From Glaucostegus cemiculus (Eukaryota), in contig CDPCPM010000037.1 in the NCBI GenBank assembly GCA_976551045.1, positions 22,506,001 through 22,570,000 of the forward strand: 64,000 nucleotides of DNA. Direction: 5' to 3'. A model generated the notes under the pieces. The model saw only the letters and a program-made list of their open reading frames with translations. It did not search any database and had not been told where the DNA came from. Positions 39,201 through 52,633 of this stretch are shown one piece after another (position 1 is the stretch's first letter; each line of letters begins with the position of its first letter). The translations under genes were made by a program, and so were the position numbers.

Positions 39201-40490
39201 GGAGGGAAGCAGAAGCATATTGGTGGGTGGAAGTAGAATATTGGGAGGGAAGAATTCTCCACTGAGGTCCGAGGAATACTCTATTACTGCACTATTGTTT
39301 TGGGATCAGGTGGGGTCTGAGAGGGGACTTGGCTGGAAGAGGAGGGCACTTAACAATTCATTTGGGAAAGGGAGGCTTACTTCTGCTGCTCCCAGCCCCA
39401 AGTAAAGTCAAAAAATAAAAAAAAACACTTGTACTTTTTGTGGCTTTGCTGGCCCTAACTCCTCCCTTGGTTGATCCGGAAAGAATATGCAGGTTTCCGG
39501 TTAAGATAGCAATTGACCAATTAATAGAGGGAATTGAGGGATAAAGACCACTTGCAGGCAAATATGCAGTTTAAATTGGTATTGTGGTCGGTACAGACGT
39601 TGTGGGCATAAGATCCTTTTCCTGTACTGTGCTGTTCTATGTTCAATACAGCATGTGGGTCTGATGACTATATCAGAACCAGATCTGCTTATTTAAAGAG
39701 GACCCTTCCAGTTTTCAGTGGGAGCCTTGATCAGCTCCTCAGGAAAGTCTGAAATGCAAAACTGGGAAGAGACACTGGGATTAGTGACCAAGTCTCGCAG
39801 GTTATTTTTAAATGTTTCTACAAGGTGATCATCCCTATTCTCTGCATCACTTGCTTTTCAAAATAATATTTTTAAATCCATATTTATACATTGACTGCTA
39901 GTACTCAAAGGTGAATACTTAGATGAGCTGTTCTATTTAGAAAACAAAACATTCTGTTTTGAGAAGTATTTTGTGGAGTGTATAGGAAAGAAACTCCCTG
40001 CTTAGATGCATTATTAAATCAAGAAAACATTGAATAGTCATGGATGTGGGATCATTGGGAAAAATTGATTTTGTGTTCTATATTCCATAAGCGGTGCTTA
40101 ATTTTATGGATCTTCAGCAAAATATGGATTTTGGACAAAATCATTGCAAAATGAGCCAAAGCTTATCAATTATCTGTTCTGTTTCACATACTCATTCTTT
40201 ATCGATAAATTATCGTATGTTCAAATTATTCAGTAAATATTTTCCTCTGTAAAATGTTTAAATCCATCTTTTCCATTAACCACCATCTGTATTCCTGTTC
40301 ATTGCTTTTCTTTGAATTATTTCATATCTATTTTTTTCTTTCTGAAAATGTGATATTTTTGTAAATGCTGTGAACTATAAGGCCAGAGGAGTGCCAATAT
40401 TTTTATGTTGACATTTACCTCCCAATAAAATACAGTAACTGCTGGGTATTTACAAAAGAAACAAAATAAACTTCATTTTCATTGCTAAAT
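36250..40490 (+). other. EPB41L1: Probable long EPB41L1 3' UTR with several candidate poly(A) signals
   Basis: AATAAA at about 36880, 37684, 38207, 40424 and 40465; the last pair is followed by T-rich sequence. Which signal is used cannot be determined from sequence. Confidence 0.55.
38545..39045 (+). mobile_element. CR1-clade LINE (HER1-like) 3' fragment
   Basis: Encodes VQKRFTKLLLGLEGLSYKERLGLF (CR1 ORF2 end); typical tail aagggtctgtt...tgctgta...ctatga. Confidence 0.85.
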
Positions 40491-40859
40491 GTTCCTCCTT
40501 CCACAGGCTTTTATTTATTTTTTCATCAAAACTACAATTATTGTTGTATGGCAGTATTGACAAATATCAAGGTTTTCATTCATGTTGTTAAACCTGATAG
40601 TTCCACACCAGCATTATGAATGATAAAACTAATTTAAATACATTTAAAGGGATAAAAACACGGCACTAATGATGAGAAAAGCTATTCTCCATGTGTGAAT
40701 ATTCCAAACTGCTGAGTCTTCTGAGTTTTCTTTCACAGAATAAAAGAATAATGCAGTGTACAAAGATTGTGCTCTATAACTGGTTTTGTATAGATTAGCA
40801 ATTATGTCATGAAGCAAATTAGTTACAATGCAAATTAGTTACAACACAAATTAACACTA

Positions 40860-41300
40860 CAGAAAGAACAATTACTACAGCAAACAAACTGCAGGAGGAA
40901 TTCAGTGGGTCAGGCAGGTCAAGGATGGTCAATGTTTTGGGTTGAGACCCTGCATCAGGAGTGAGTGTGGAGGGGAGACGGCCAGTATAAAGAGGGGAGG
41001 AATTGGCAGGCAATAGGGGGAATAGGGAGTGGAAGGGGATGATGGTGGTGGTGGGGGAAGGTGGGGGTAGAGAGATGGTCAGAGGTGATTAACAAAGGGT
41101 TGTGGATTCAGCAATATGATAAGTAAGGGAGGTGATATGTTGAACCAGAGAAAAGGGGCATGATGGGCAAATGGGGGCAGTGGAAATAAACTGGGCAATG
41201 GGATGGGTGGCCTGGGGGTTGGAAAGAAGGGGTTGAGAAAACCTGCGTGGATCAGAAGGAGAGAAAGGATGTGGATTACCTGAAATAGGAAAATTCAATG
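40860..41300 (-). mobile_element. Penelope-like element 3' fragment
   Basis: Terminal motif ggaggaattcagtgggtcaggcag...aatgttttgggttgagaccctgcatcagg, purine-rich spacer, ORF end ttacctgaaataggaaaattcaatg. Confidence 0.6.
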
Positions 41301-44300
41301 TCCCTCAAACTTGGCTCCTCAGCAAACATTATCAAATATGAAATCAAGCTTTCTAGATCATTTTCTAGAATCAAATTACCCAAGCGTTTGCAAGTTATAA
41401 CTACCGACATATCTGGGAATACAAGCATATAAATTATGTGAGAAGGAGCTCTGGAGATTCAATGCTGATACATAAATAATTCTTTACATCCAGGCATGAA
41501 ATAAGTCACCAAAATTTGCACATTGGTCTTCATGGCAGCTTTTTTTTTCCTTTTGGGAGATCTGCGAGATCATGTGTTTGATATATATCGGCAAAATATG
41601 TCAATATTAATTAACTCCACAAGTCTTTTCATAGCTAGGATTTTTGCTGACGCAATTCAACATTTGCTGCACAAAAAGTTCTCATTGTTTATTCTTACTG
41701 CTGCTATTATGATCTACTGAGTTCTTTAAGTTTTACTGATTCCAAATGCAGACATGTCTGAGACTATACCAGCAAATTGTGATATTTCAATTGACATTTA
41801 AAACTTGTGGAAATATTCTGGTGGATAAAACCCTTAGAATGCTAAATTTTTGGATGTTTATTGAAATATTTGTATTAAAATTCTTGTCTCAAAAGTTTAA
41901 AGATTTTTTGTTCTTAGAAATTTAGGATTAAGTTTCTGATCCCTTGCACAGTGACCCAAATTATACTTGACTAATGTGCAATATTTGTGTCTTGGTATAT
42001 ATTTTATGGAATTGGCAAATTTTAAAGTTTATTCTTTGAGCCATTATTATTAGTTGAAATTTGTCAAAGTGAACAATGAATTTCAAAGATGTAAAATGAA
42101 AATTAGGAAGTAAAACGAGTCAAGGGCCATAACGATCTGGAAGGATTGCCTATTTTATAATGTTAACTGAAATCCATGGTGTAGGTAGTTTTAACCCAAC
42201 CAGAGAAGTTTGATATTGTCTGCAATTTTGTTGTCGTGCAATGGTATGTAAGAGACAACACAGAGTCGATGTTACATTAAAATGATAGTGGAGCTTTCGT
42301 CAATTGAAGATTTTTTAAAATAAAAATGGTGTAATAAATTTTGTGGAGTTGATGAGGCCTAGACTAACATTTGGTTTGGCTGCCTGATATTATTACTCAG
42401 TAACAAAGTTATTTTTAAGTAAACCTATGCATTCACTAGAAAACCATCTAAGTGACATTTTGCATTTTATTTGCTATTATACAAGAAACAAGGCCAATTG
42501 AACATACAAAAGCTACGTTAAATTATTTGATTTGAATTAAAGGATAAAGGATGAAGTATCTGTGATAGAGGTGAGTGGAGCTGAAAGGCGGCATGGCCTT
42601 CTGTTCCTATATAATATTCTAAATTATTTGTAGTACTGGATTAAAAGCAGCTTATATTAGTTCAGTGTTTTTTTTGTGTGTTAATCATCAGGTTGAAGTC
42701 TTAGTAACTGCTTATTCTGGAGCTGAGAAAATAACATTTTCAGTTTCTATTGACAGTTGGAATAGTATTTCAATACAATTCTGTCTCAGGCTAGTGTGTG
42801 TGGTACATCTAAAGCCAATCCATGTTTCAGATTTGAAAAATATCTTTGTTACTCTCTCTCTTACAAAATGTTCCACAATCTTTTTTAAAGAAACTTCTGC
42901 AGTCTGTAGAGATATTTGAAGAGGTGAGTGCTGTGCGAGTAAGGTGACAATAGATTGGGGGCTTATTTTGATGACTTGAGGTGGCAAGGTGTTAACAGAT
43001 GTGACAGTGCAGTTAGTGTGCAAAGTGGTTCATATTATAACAAGCCTTGATTATATCTAATTGAAGAAACAAATTTAGATCAGCAGCACAATGGTAATAG
43101 AATAAGGTTGATTCCTGATTATCACCCGATACATCATTATGCCCACAAATCATAATTTATCCATGCAGTTAAGTGAGTGGCATTTCACAAAGATCCCATG
43201 AGGGAAAAACTTCACTACATGGTGAGGGTGTACCTGGAATGCATTGCTGGATAGAGGAATGGAGGCAGATCCAATTGCAGATTTTAATCAGGAATTGGAT
43301 CAATAGTTAAGATTTTAAAAATTGCAATGGGATGGGGAGAAATGTGGGACAGTCAGATGAGATGCATCACTGCACACCTCAAGGGCTGAATGGTCGTCTT
43401 CTGTGCTGTCATCAGTTTGTGAAAGTTACAGCTAACATTTTCAAACTGGGGGCTGAAATCAAGAATACTTTGTTTAAAAGAGAAACTTGCACTTAAATGG
43501 TGCATTTTAATGCATCAGCATATCCTCACATTGCTTCACCTCATGAATTACTTCGGGAATACAATCACTATCACGTCAGTACACATCTGTTCCGATGCAT
43601 ATTGTCAAGCTGTTTATGCTTAGTAAAAGTTGAGTGTTATTTCCTCTAACAAATAGGAAAGGCAGTAATTTTATTGGCTGCCATAACCTCTCAAAGCAAC
43701 TTAATTAATGGATATCTTTGTGAATTAATAATACAGTATCCCGCAGCGAGAAAGATCTCAATGAGCCACCTACATTTCACAAAAACAGATGGCCCAGTAA
43801 AGAGGCTAATGATGCAAACCTACCATCATCCAACAAAATGACTAATTATTCCAAAAAAGAGTAAACCAAGAAATTACCATTTGTCATAAAATGTCTTTAA
43901 ATGGGCTATTTCTTTGAATTATTTTTCATCAGGTGTTCAACCCCTTTAAAATAAATTGGTTAATGTCTTCATTGCAATAGTGGATGGAAAACATTGGACA
44001 AATTATAATTGCTTTTACTGCAAACAATGTATGCAGGAACAGAAGGCCATTCAGCCCTTTCCCTTTCCCATTATTGAATTTTATCACTGCTCCTGTCTGT
44101 CACAAATACTTGATCCTATATCCATTAATTCCATTGCCTTGTACAAATGATCAAAGGTTGTTTTTAAAATTTCAATTGGCCTAATTTCATTAGCTTCTTG
44201 GTGCAAGAATTCTGGATTTTCATGAGTCTCAGAAGGACTTGATTTGAAATTAGCAGAAAGACCATCTTCTCTTAATACAATCTGTTTTTTTGCTGCAGAT

Positions 44301-44504
44301 CAGGAATGAACAGAGGCTGGTATCCCTGAACTGGTATACTGTGAGGAATGTTGTCCCAGGAAGAACATTTGTGAAACCACCAGCAATTTGTGTATAATGA
44401 AAAATGCCCAAAATAACTGATGCCCCAGTTGAAAGGTGATCCATAAAAATAAAAGACTTGCTGAAAGAACGAAGTAACTGTCCCAAAATAAGCTTTTTAA
44501 ATCT

Positions 44505-44830
44505 TTTATTCAGAGGATGTGAACTTTAGTGGCAGGACCAGCATTCACTGCTCACCTTTAATTGTCCCCTGACCAGAATGGCACGTTGAGCCATTTCAGA
44601 GGAGAGTTAATAATCAACTACGTGATTGGTCTGGAGTCAAATATGCTCCAGATTGGGAATGGTTGGCAGATTACTTTCATACCAGTGGACCATTACTAAT
44701 GCCAACCTTTTACTTTGGATTTATTTAATTATTTCATTTTATGTTTCCCCATGGTAAAAATAGAGCTTGTCTCTAGATCCAATAATTCAGGCTGATTGAG
44801 ACTTGCCCCATTACATAACCATTCTACTGC
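44505..44830 (-). mobile_element. Old SINE sharing the 14.5-kb LINE tail; related to the 8120-8400 element
   Basis: ggatgtgaac...ggcaggaccagcattcactgctcacc... and atttatttaattatttcatt mirror 8200-8240 and 9225-9265. Confidence 0.5.
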
Positions 44831-45029
44831 TGTAGCCCGTGTTCTTAAAGCACACTGCATTGATGTACCATTACAGTGTCCTGTGCCAAAAGAAATTCCT
44901 GAATAAAATTTGGAGTCACTACACAAAACATGCAGAGGAGGTGGGGCATTTGGAGAACTCTCCAATTCCCCTTTTTCTTGAAGGCCCTGTGGAAATTTTT
45001 GTTTTCAGTGTTTCCCTCACTGATTAAAC

Positions 45030-45370
45030 ATCTATCTCAGCTTCGAACATATTCAAGGACTGAGCCTCCAAAGGCCAAGGAATTCCTAAGAGACACAATC
45101 CTTTGGGAGAAGAAATTATTCCTCATCTCAATCTTAACTGGGTGCTCCCTTAAACTGAGACTATGCCCTCTGCTTCTGAACTCTGCAACAAGCAAACAGC
45201 CAGCATTTATCCTGTCAAATCCCGTAAAAGTCAATTTCAATAAGATTGCAATTCATCCTTCTCTACTCCAGTAAGTACAGACTCAGCCTGTTTAGCCTTT
45301 CCTCAAAAGACAATCCCCCCCCCCAAAGAACTGGGATCATCCCAATGAAATTTTTCTGTACACCCCTCAA
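45030..45370 (-). mobile_element. CR1-clade LINE fragment
   Basis: Minus ORF 'RSRGHSLSLREHPVKIEMRNNFFSQRIVSLRNSL' is the CR1 ORF2 C-terminal motif. Confidence 0.8.
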
Positions 45371-47674
45371 ATGCCTCTGACTTACCAACAAACCTCATGT
45401 TTATATTCTTGAGCTCAGCTGAGCCATCTACCGGAGAAATACTGTAGATGCATCTTGCAAACCCTGTCACTGAAGAAAATGATCAAGCTGGATAATTTTG
45501 ACTATCTCATCAGCATTATAAAGTCAAATACCTTGATAATGTTGAATCCTTCAAGGTTAGAAAATTTGTTCTGCAATTCCTGAATGTTCCCTCAGTGGTA
45601 TCTAAAAGAGTATTAACTATAAAGTATTTATTTTTCTGGTAAAAGATACATTGACTAATGAAGCAAAAAAAGCTGCAGACAGTACAAAATGAAATATATT
45701 TTGGAAAGAGTCATCATGATATTGTTAGTTGTGTTATATTTCATCATCTGCTTGCCTGATTAAAAATAATAGGCTTCTGTGTGAAACAGCCAACTACACA
45801 CGAGCTCGAGGTCCAATTTTCATTATGTTGTCAAAGTAAGCACGAACAAGCATTGGCAAGAATCTAAGAAAATTATTAATCTCATCCTACAAAATTAGGA
45901 ACAAGAGGAGGCTATTAACTCCTTGAAACAGCTGCATTAGTGAAAAAAATATTGACTTCTAAGTTTTGGGCTGCTGAATGTAACCAGAGCTAAAGTTGAA
46001 GTCTCCAATTAATCCGTCCAGAGACTGGGGAACTCGGTATTGGGGGAAAACTGGAATTATTAAATAGTGAAATGATTAAAAATGGGTTCATTTCTCTTTT
46101 AATCAGCAGTAGTAGCAATTGATATTTTGATTCTGGCATTCCATATCATGAAAGAAACTAAAGTTCCTTAGACCAGTATCCCACAAAATACCACAATGAA
46201 ATGTAGTTTTCATTTCTTCTGTGGGTAGCTACTGCCTTCTGAGACTGTAAAATAATAATAAAGGAAATCTATTTAAACTATGTCTCTGTTCAATTCCATT
46301 ACAAGTAAATAAAGATAATATAACTGGTTAAAATCTTGTGTGATGCTTGTATCTTTTAAAATTAAATCAGGCAACTACATGAATACTGAGGGAATCTCAT
46401 GACATTGTGTTTCTAAGGGAAGGAACAGCTGCACATAGATCGGACGACAATAGTTTGGCGTCTTGCAAGGAATGTGGCGCTGCAAAATATCATTGAGGCT
46501 TTTGACAGTTTGGCCATTTATAACTCAATTTCCCGTGATAATTATCCTGGTAATCTATGAATTGCAAAAATACTTGGCACGGTAGAATTCAGTTTTAATG
46601 GTATGGTAAATTACCAGGTTAGTTTGCAAATTCTCACCAATATTAGAAAGATGTTCTCATAACAACTTGACTATCATTGAGCATGATAATGTTCTTAATA
46701 TACTGCATAAGACACTGAGTGTGGCTTTAAGGATTCATGACAGATGTTTGTGTAAGGATCAGTACTGAATGGATTTGATTATTCCCCTACTTGCAATAAC
46801 ACAAACAATATTTTTTGAGTCTCATATTAAATTGACATTATTCTCCAGTAAATTAAAAGTACCATCAGTACCCTGAACTACAGTAACACAGTAAGCTTTA
46901 TCTGAACTAAACATTAATTTCTTTCTTGACCTGGGCAAGACACAATTATCTCAGCTGCTCAACAATGCAGTATTATTTCCTAAACTTTATTAAATTAATG
47001 TAGAAGGCTATAAATAAATGTTTTATTAAAACACTAGAATGTTCAGAAACCATTGAAACTTTTATGAGAAAAACATAACACAACAAAGGCTGAATGCTTT
47101 TCAGCATGTTTAATTGCTCTTTTTACAATTCATAGACAATAATGAAGAACAAGTACAACCGAGCTGTGCAATAAATTGATAGTTAACCCATGTGCTTCCA
47201 CCCTTGCAGTGTTGCACTTGTAATGAGTATTCAACCAAGCTGTGAATTTGGCAAGATTTGTTCCTCAAACATTGAATTTACTTCCAAAGAACAGAATTTT
47301 GAATTTAGTAACCAAATGAAGCACATATTAACTTGTTATATTTTACATTTCTAATATATCGGTAATCAAGGGGTTCTGAGTCGAACGGTCAGCCAATTTT
47401 TGAGGACCAGTTCAAGTATCATGCACAGTCCACACTTTTTCAGTGCATTATCCTGCTGTGAAGTGTAGTTGCTCTACTCTTTGGGTTGAGAAATAGCTTT
47501 AGCTGTTAAGCATTTCTTCTATGTCTCTATAACGACAGGATTCAACACTAAAGACAAAGGATGTGATACAAAGTTGTGACTAATGTGTGAGATAGTAGGC
47601 ATTTCTGCCAGAACCTATAACTGCATTAAAAGAGTATATGTGTTTACCACAAGAACTTAATGCTACACTTGTTA

Positions 47675-49100
47675 TGACTTTTAATGCATTGTCTCGACCA
47701 TTGCTGTTAGATGAGATTAATTTTTAAGTAAAGGATGTTTTGGTAGCACTATCCCTGTTACTTACCTCAGTAAGCAGCAACGCAAACAAACCTACAGATG
47801 TTGCATTGGCTTCGGTTTTGGGATGCTGCTCATTAAGGGAGGGAAGTGATTCAGTGTAAAGTTATTAGCAAGTCTGGTTCTCTCAGTAAACCAGCTATGA
47901 TGACAGGCAATAGGTGGGATGAATATGCCGGTTATCTCAAGAGATTCCAGCAGTCTTGGCCATTCACCCTGTATTTGGGATGAGCAAGTGGCTTTGCCAT
48001 TACAAAAATCCACAGATGAAAGCAAAGGCAGAAGGTTCAAGACGAGATGCTATAGCAGCTTGAGTTTAGCACAGATGGTATGGATGCAGATGTTGAAACT
48101 GCACGAGTTCTGGCGAACAGTTCAGTGTCTATAAGGCTTTGGACATATACAGTCAGTAAATCAAGCACTGGTTTAACCAGATTTTTTGAGAGGGGTGGCT
48201 TTGCAATGTAGACATAGTTCAAAGCTCCAAACATCCATGAGGGATTTTCCTGCAGATAAGAACTTACTAATGTCAGCCCAATGCAGCATTGTTAGAATGT
48301 GACAAAAGACACTGAAAATGGTCATGGCAGCTGAGACTCCCTGAGACACCTCCACAAAGTGAAAGTCAGAGGTAACTTCATTACTTCACAAAGGGGACAA
48401 CAAGAAAGAGGAAAGGTCCAGTGTCTACAGGAGGTCCGAGTGAAAGCCAGGATACTGGAGAGTGTGAAAGTAGAGGCACAGAAATAGAGTTTCTGATAGA
48501 CAACCAAAGTAAAAATATTTGTACTTCAGTTCTTGATTTCCTGTTGTGTGTCAAATATAGTGTATAACTGTAACCACTGTAGTAGCTAAGAATTATTAGA
48601 TTGTGTTAAGTTTTGTCTTAATGTTTAAATGTGCAATACCATGTATTCATAACAATGCATAGTTCTAAAAATAGTTAGGTTCAGATAATGATTGTGGAAT
48701 GGCATGTGAGACCAGATTTGTGTGATGCCTACCCGGAGAGGTGATGCAATGGAATCATCAATCCTTTGAGCCACTAAAGAGAGATTTAATATGACTAAAT
48801 GAAGGGTTTTGTACTTGAGAATACTAAAAGATTGTGAATATGTGTTGGATTTGTTTAAGGTGTGCATATGTAAACAATTAGTTAAATACATAATTTCATT
48901 TTTATAAGTTGTATACTAGATGGTTTATCTGAATTTTTTAAAGGGACAGCAATGTACTTGAGTGTCTGTATCATTTGTGTTGACTTTTAATGCATTATTG
49001 TATTTGCTGTTACTTCAGAGTTGTCTCTTTTCATTAAACGATATTTTGTTGGCAGTTCAATCCCTGTTATTCACCTTAGTAAGAAGCAATGTAAAAGAAA
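47675..49100 (+). mobile_element. Probable eroded LTR-retrotransposon relic (diverged direct repeats flanking gag-like remnants)
   Basis: About 120-bp diverged direct repeats at 47675-47790 and 48981-49100; internal frameshifted peptides WDEYAGYLKRFQQSWP and WDEQVALPLQ...CYSSLSLAQ. Confidence 0.4.
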
Positions 49101-50399
49101 ACTGAGATATTAAAATATGATTTCAATCAGAGATGATGGGACAGATGTTCCTATCCCAATGTTGACCACCTGTCAGAATGGCATAGGACACAAGGCAGTT
49201 GTCTGATGATTTATCAGCTCTCATTAACAGAGGGCCGATATCAGACAATGCTTGAGGGCTGGAGGCCAGAAGGTCAAAGAAAAAAGGAAGATGGCTGGAG
49301 TTTGTTGTGCTGTAGCTGATGCCTGCAGCCCTGTGGCTCTGATTGAGCTAAATACATTGTAGGCTTGCTTTCCTTGTAGTACTTTATTGTAATTTTAAAA
49401 CCTGCTGTCGGTAGTCCAGGTCTCAGAAGCATATACGAAGGCAGGAATGACAACTGCCCAGGAGACAATGGGTTTTGTGCCAAGTCTGAGTTCTTGACTT
49501 TCAAATATCCCTTTCCTCAATTAACCAAAGGCTGTGCTGGCATATTGAAAGCAAGGGTGAAGTTCACCATCGATGTCTGCCTTCACTGAGTGGTGGATCC
49601 CAAGATACGATAAGTGGTCCACATTTTCCAGTATCTCATGAATTATTATTATTATTGGAAGATAGTGTAGTCCAGCAGGGGCAGGTTACTGGTGGATCAT
49701 CTCATTGAAAAAATACCAGTGTCTCTGTATTCGTAAAATTCTCTAGCAAATCAACATCGGTGTCCTCTCCCAGGCCAACATAGCATTGTGGCCCTAATTA
49801 CTCTCCATCAGCTACTTTGTCGTTCACATGCCTGACACTAGACTCCTGAAACAGGCACTCTATTCCGGGCTCTTATCATGGATTGCCAGCCAGAGGGAGA
49901 AAAGGATTCAAGGGTAGACTCAAAGCTTCCAAGTAGAGATGCAATGTCCTCGTTAACTCTCGGGAACCTCTGGATCATGACTACTCAAAGCAGAGAAGAA
50001 GCATTTGGTATAGTATTGAGAACCTCGAGTCCACACATCAAGAGAACACAGAAGCTCTGTGTAAGTGGATGAGAGAGCTCACCAGCCCACCACCTCCTGC
50101 CCCATCTGTGGAAGAGTCTGGCATCCTCACTGTCTTCTTCAACCACCTCAGAATAAGCAGTTGTATGATTCTTAACATTTTAATCCTCGTTTTCAAAACT
50201 CTGCTCTTAATTCCTCCAGCCCTTCCTCCCACTCAACACTTGCAAATTGCATCTGCTGAGGTCTCGCCAAAATCCTTTGTTCTTTCTTTGCCAGGGCCCT
50301 AAACTTTGCAATCTGCTCTCAAAACTTCTATTTCATGCATTAAGACACTCTTTTAAAATTTACGTCTGAAATCAAGTTTTTGTTTTGGTTTTGACCCTT

Positions 50400-50680
50400 A
50401 ACATGAGTTGGTTTTGTTTGGTCCGCCCTGGACAGTGTTCGCTGGGCTGCAGATGGAGGCGGAACGGCGGCGCCGGAGCCGGAGCGGGGAAGGGATTTGC
50501 CGTCGGACAGGAAGTGGTGGGACAGTGCTCGGCAGCGCTTCATTAGAGAGGGCGGAATCGCTCGAAGGGCCGATTGGCCGGCAGCGGGACTCGGTGAGTC
50601 AGAGATGAAGGGAGCAGCGGGCAATGGGGGGCGAGGAGGGACGAGCTGTCCAGTGTCATCTCTTCCCCGGTCGGGTCCTC
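50400..50680 (+). promoter_or_regulatory. AAR2: CpG island / AAR2 promoter with non-coding exon 1 (donor tcg|gtgagt at 50593/50594)
   Basis: Only non-repeat CpG-dense stretch in the window; ETS motif acaggaagtg (about 50507-50516), GC boxes (ccgccc about 50423, gggcgg about 50550), inverted CCAAT (attgg about 50573); consensus donor. Confidence 0.8.
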
Positions 50681-50689
50681 CTAGACTTT

Positions 50690-51180
50690 CTCCCGACACC
50701 CCCACATTCCCACCCACCCCTCTCCCCCACCCCACCCCCATATCCACCCCACTTCCCCCACCCCACCCCCATATCCACCCCACTTCCCCCCTCCCCACCC
50801 CATATCCAACCCTACCTACCTCCCCAATCCCTCCTCCCCACATCCACCCCCACCCCACCTCCAACCCACATCCACCCCACCTCCTCAACCCCTCCTCACC
50901 ACATCCACCCTCACATCCCCTACCTCACTTCACCTTACTCCACCCCCACATCCACCCCACCTCCCAATTCCTCCTCCCCACATCCACCCCACCTCCCAAC
51001 CCCTCCTCCCGACATACTCCTCACCTCCCCACATCCCCACCTCAACCCACATCCACCCCTCCTCCCAACCCCCCCTCACCCCACCACACCCCCCCTCACC
51101 CCACATCCACCCCACCTCACCTCCCCACACCCCCCACCTCACCCCACACCCACATCAACCCCTCCTCCCCCACCCCACTT
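50690..51180. repeat. C-rich low-complexity/minisatellite tract (core catccaccccacctcc) in AAR2 intron 1
   Basis: About 490 bp nearly devoid of G on the + strand, with a recurring ccccacatccaccccac unit. Confidence 0.9.
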
Positions 51181-51876
51181 ATTTGACCTTTTCAGGAGAC
51201 CTTTAATGGGCTGCCACACAAGACATTAAACAAGCACACATGGCATTGAGAGTGATGCATTGAGGACTGGTTAACGGGCAGAAAATTGAGAGTAGGAATA
51301 GAAGGTAACAATTTTGGGTGGGGAGACTATGACAAGTGGGGTCCAGCAGCAAGGATCTGGGCTGGAAATGCTCCATTGTCCCACTGCCCCCATTTAATTT
51401 AATGAGCATAAACTTGCTATGTGTAATGTATTGCTCTATCTATTCGCGAGGTCCCCTCCCTCCCTCCCCACCCCCCCCCCCCAAAGCTGTTCACAATCTA
51501 TTATCAATGATTTGGATGGAGAGGGTCCTGTATCCAAGCTGCTGCTAATACTAGGCTTGCTGACAATGCGGGCTGTGGGGAAGCACTGAGGCTTGAAATA
51601 TATCTCTTTTTCATACATAGTCAGTGCTTGGCCTCTAGCATTCTGTGATTGAGATGCCACAAGTTCATCACCCTCTGAATGAAGAAATTTCTCCCACGTT
51701 GAAGCTGTAGGGAAGCATTTGTAACAATCAGTATTAAGTGCTGTTTCATGACAACTGAGTCCTGGTAATGTATTCCACGTGAGATACCATGACAAAGAAT
51801 GTTTACATGTATTGGATAGTAATGGTGCAGCAAAGTAAATTATTCTTTCTCTCTTTCTAGAACACAGGTTAAAAAC

Positions 51877-52633
51877 ATGGCTACTATGGAAATGGATCAA
51901 GAACTTGCCAAAAAGCTGTTCTTTGAAGGAGGCACTCTTATCATACTTGGAGTTCCTGAAGGCACTGAATTTGGCATTGATTATAACTGTTGGCAATTGG
52001 GACCAAAGTTTAAAGGGGTAAAGATGATCCCACCAGGAATCCACTTCATGCATTGCAGTGCTGTGAATCGCAGAGGTGGTCAGGTAACAGGACCACGCAC
52101 TGGTTGTTTCTTTCATATAAAGCAGAGGGAAATTCTTGTAAAGCGATGGGACAAGATAGAGGAAGAAATTATTCTGATGGAGGTCTCTGAAGAAGAGTTG
52201 GGACGGATAAGAGAGAATCTGACTGAACTTGACAAGTCCTTGGGGCCATATCCATATGACACGATGAAAAGATGGGTCTCTTTGACCAATTTCATTACTG
52301 ATCCCTTGATTCAGAGGCTGCAGCCTGTAAGTGGAAAAATCAGTGCTTTTTGTGAAGTTCAACCAGAACTAGTAATGCCACATACAAAAGATCGAGTGGA
52401 GCAGAATCTATTGCCTTATGATACATTATGCAAAAGTTATGAGGAGGGTTTAGCTAGGCTGCCCAAAATGAAGATTAAGGCTGGTACAGAGATCAGATTC
52501 TCAAAGATTCCAAGTCGGAAGTATCCAGAGGGGGCATCCCCAGCTGAAATAACAAAATATAATATGGACTTCAGCTATGCTCTGGAAACTGTAATAAACC
52601 AGCGGTACTCATCAAACCCGAAAGATATTCTAG
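51877..52633 (+). CDS. AAR2: AAR2 (U5 snRNP/PRPF8 assembly factor) first coding exon; exon begins at 51861
   Basis: MEMDQELAKKLFFEGGT...VPEGTEFGIDY...GPKFKGVKMIPPGIHF...LGPYPY are AAR2 motifs; ctttctag acceptor at 51860, Kozak aacATGg, g|gttagt donor; 757 nt. Confidence 0.97.

Noticed and set aside
47350-47548. Minus-strand terminal exon of an unknown gene (VESCRYRDIEEMLNS-stop)
   Set aside because: Acceptor-like site but a very short peptide, no supporting upstream exons, and adjacent to a probable LTR relic.
49670-49686. CTCF site (ccagcaggggcagg)
   Set aside because: One base short of the core spacing; weak match.
50340-51229. Pro/His-rich and Gly/Trp-rich ORFs
   Set aside because: They arise from the CpG island plus the C-rich low-complexity tract, which lacks stop codons by composition.
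51436-52362. 308-aa antisense ORF overlapping AAR2
   Set aside because: Shadow of AAR2 coding sequence plus a CR1 fragment; no recognisable protein features.
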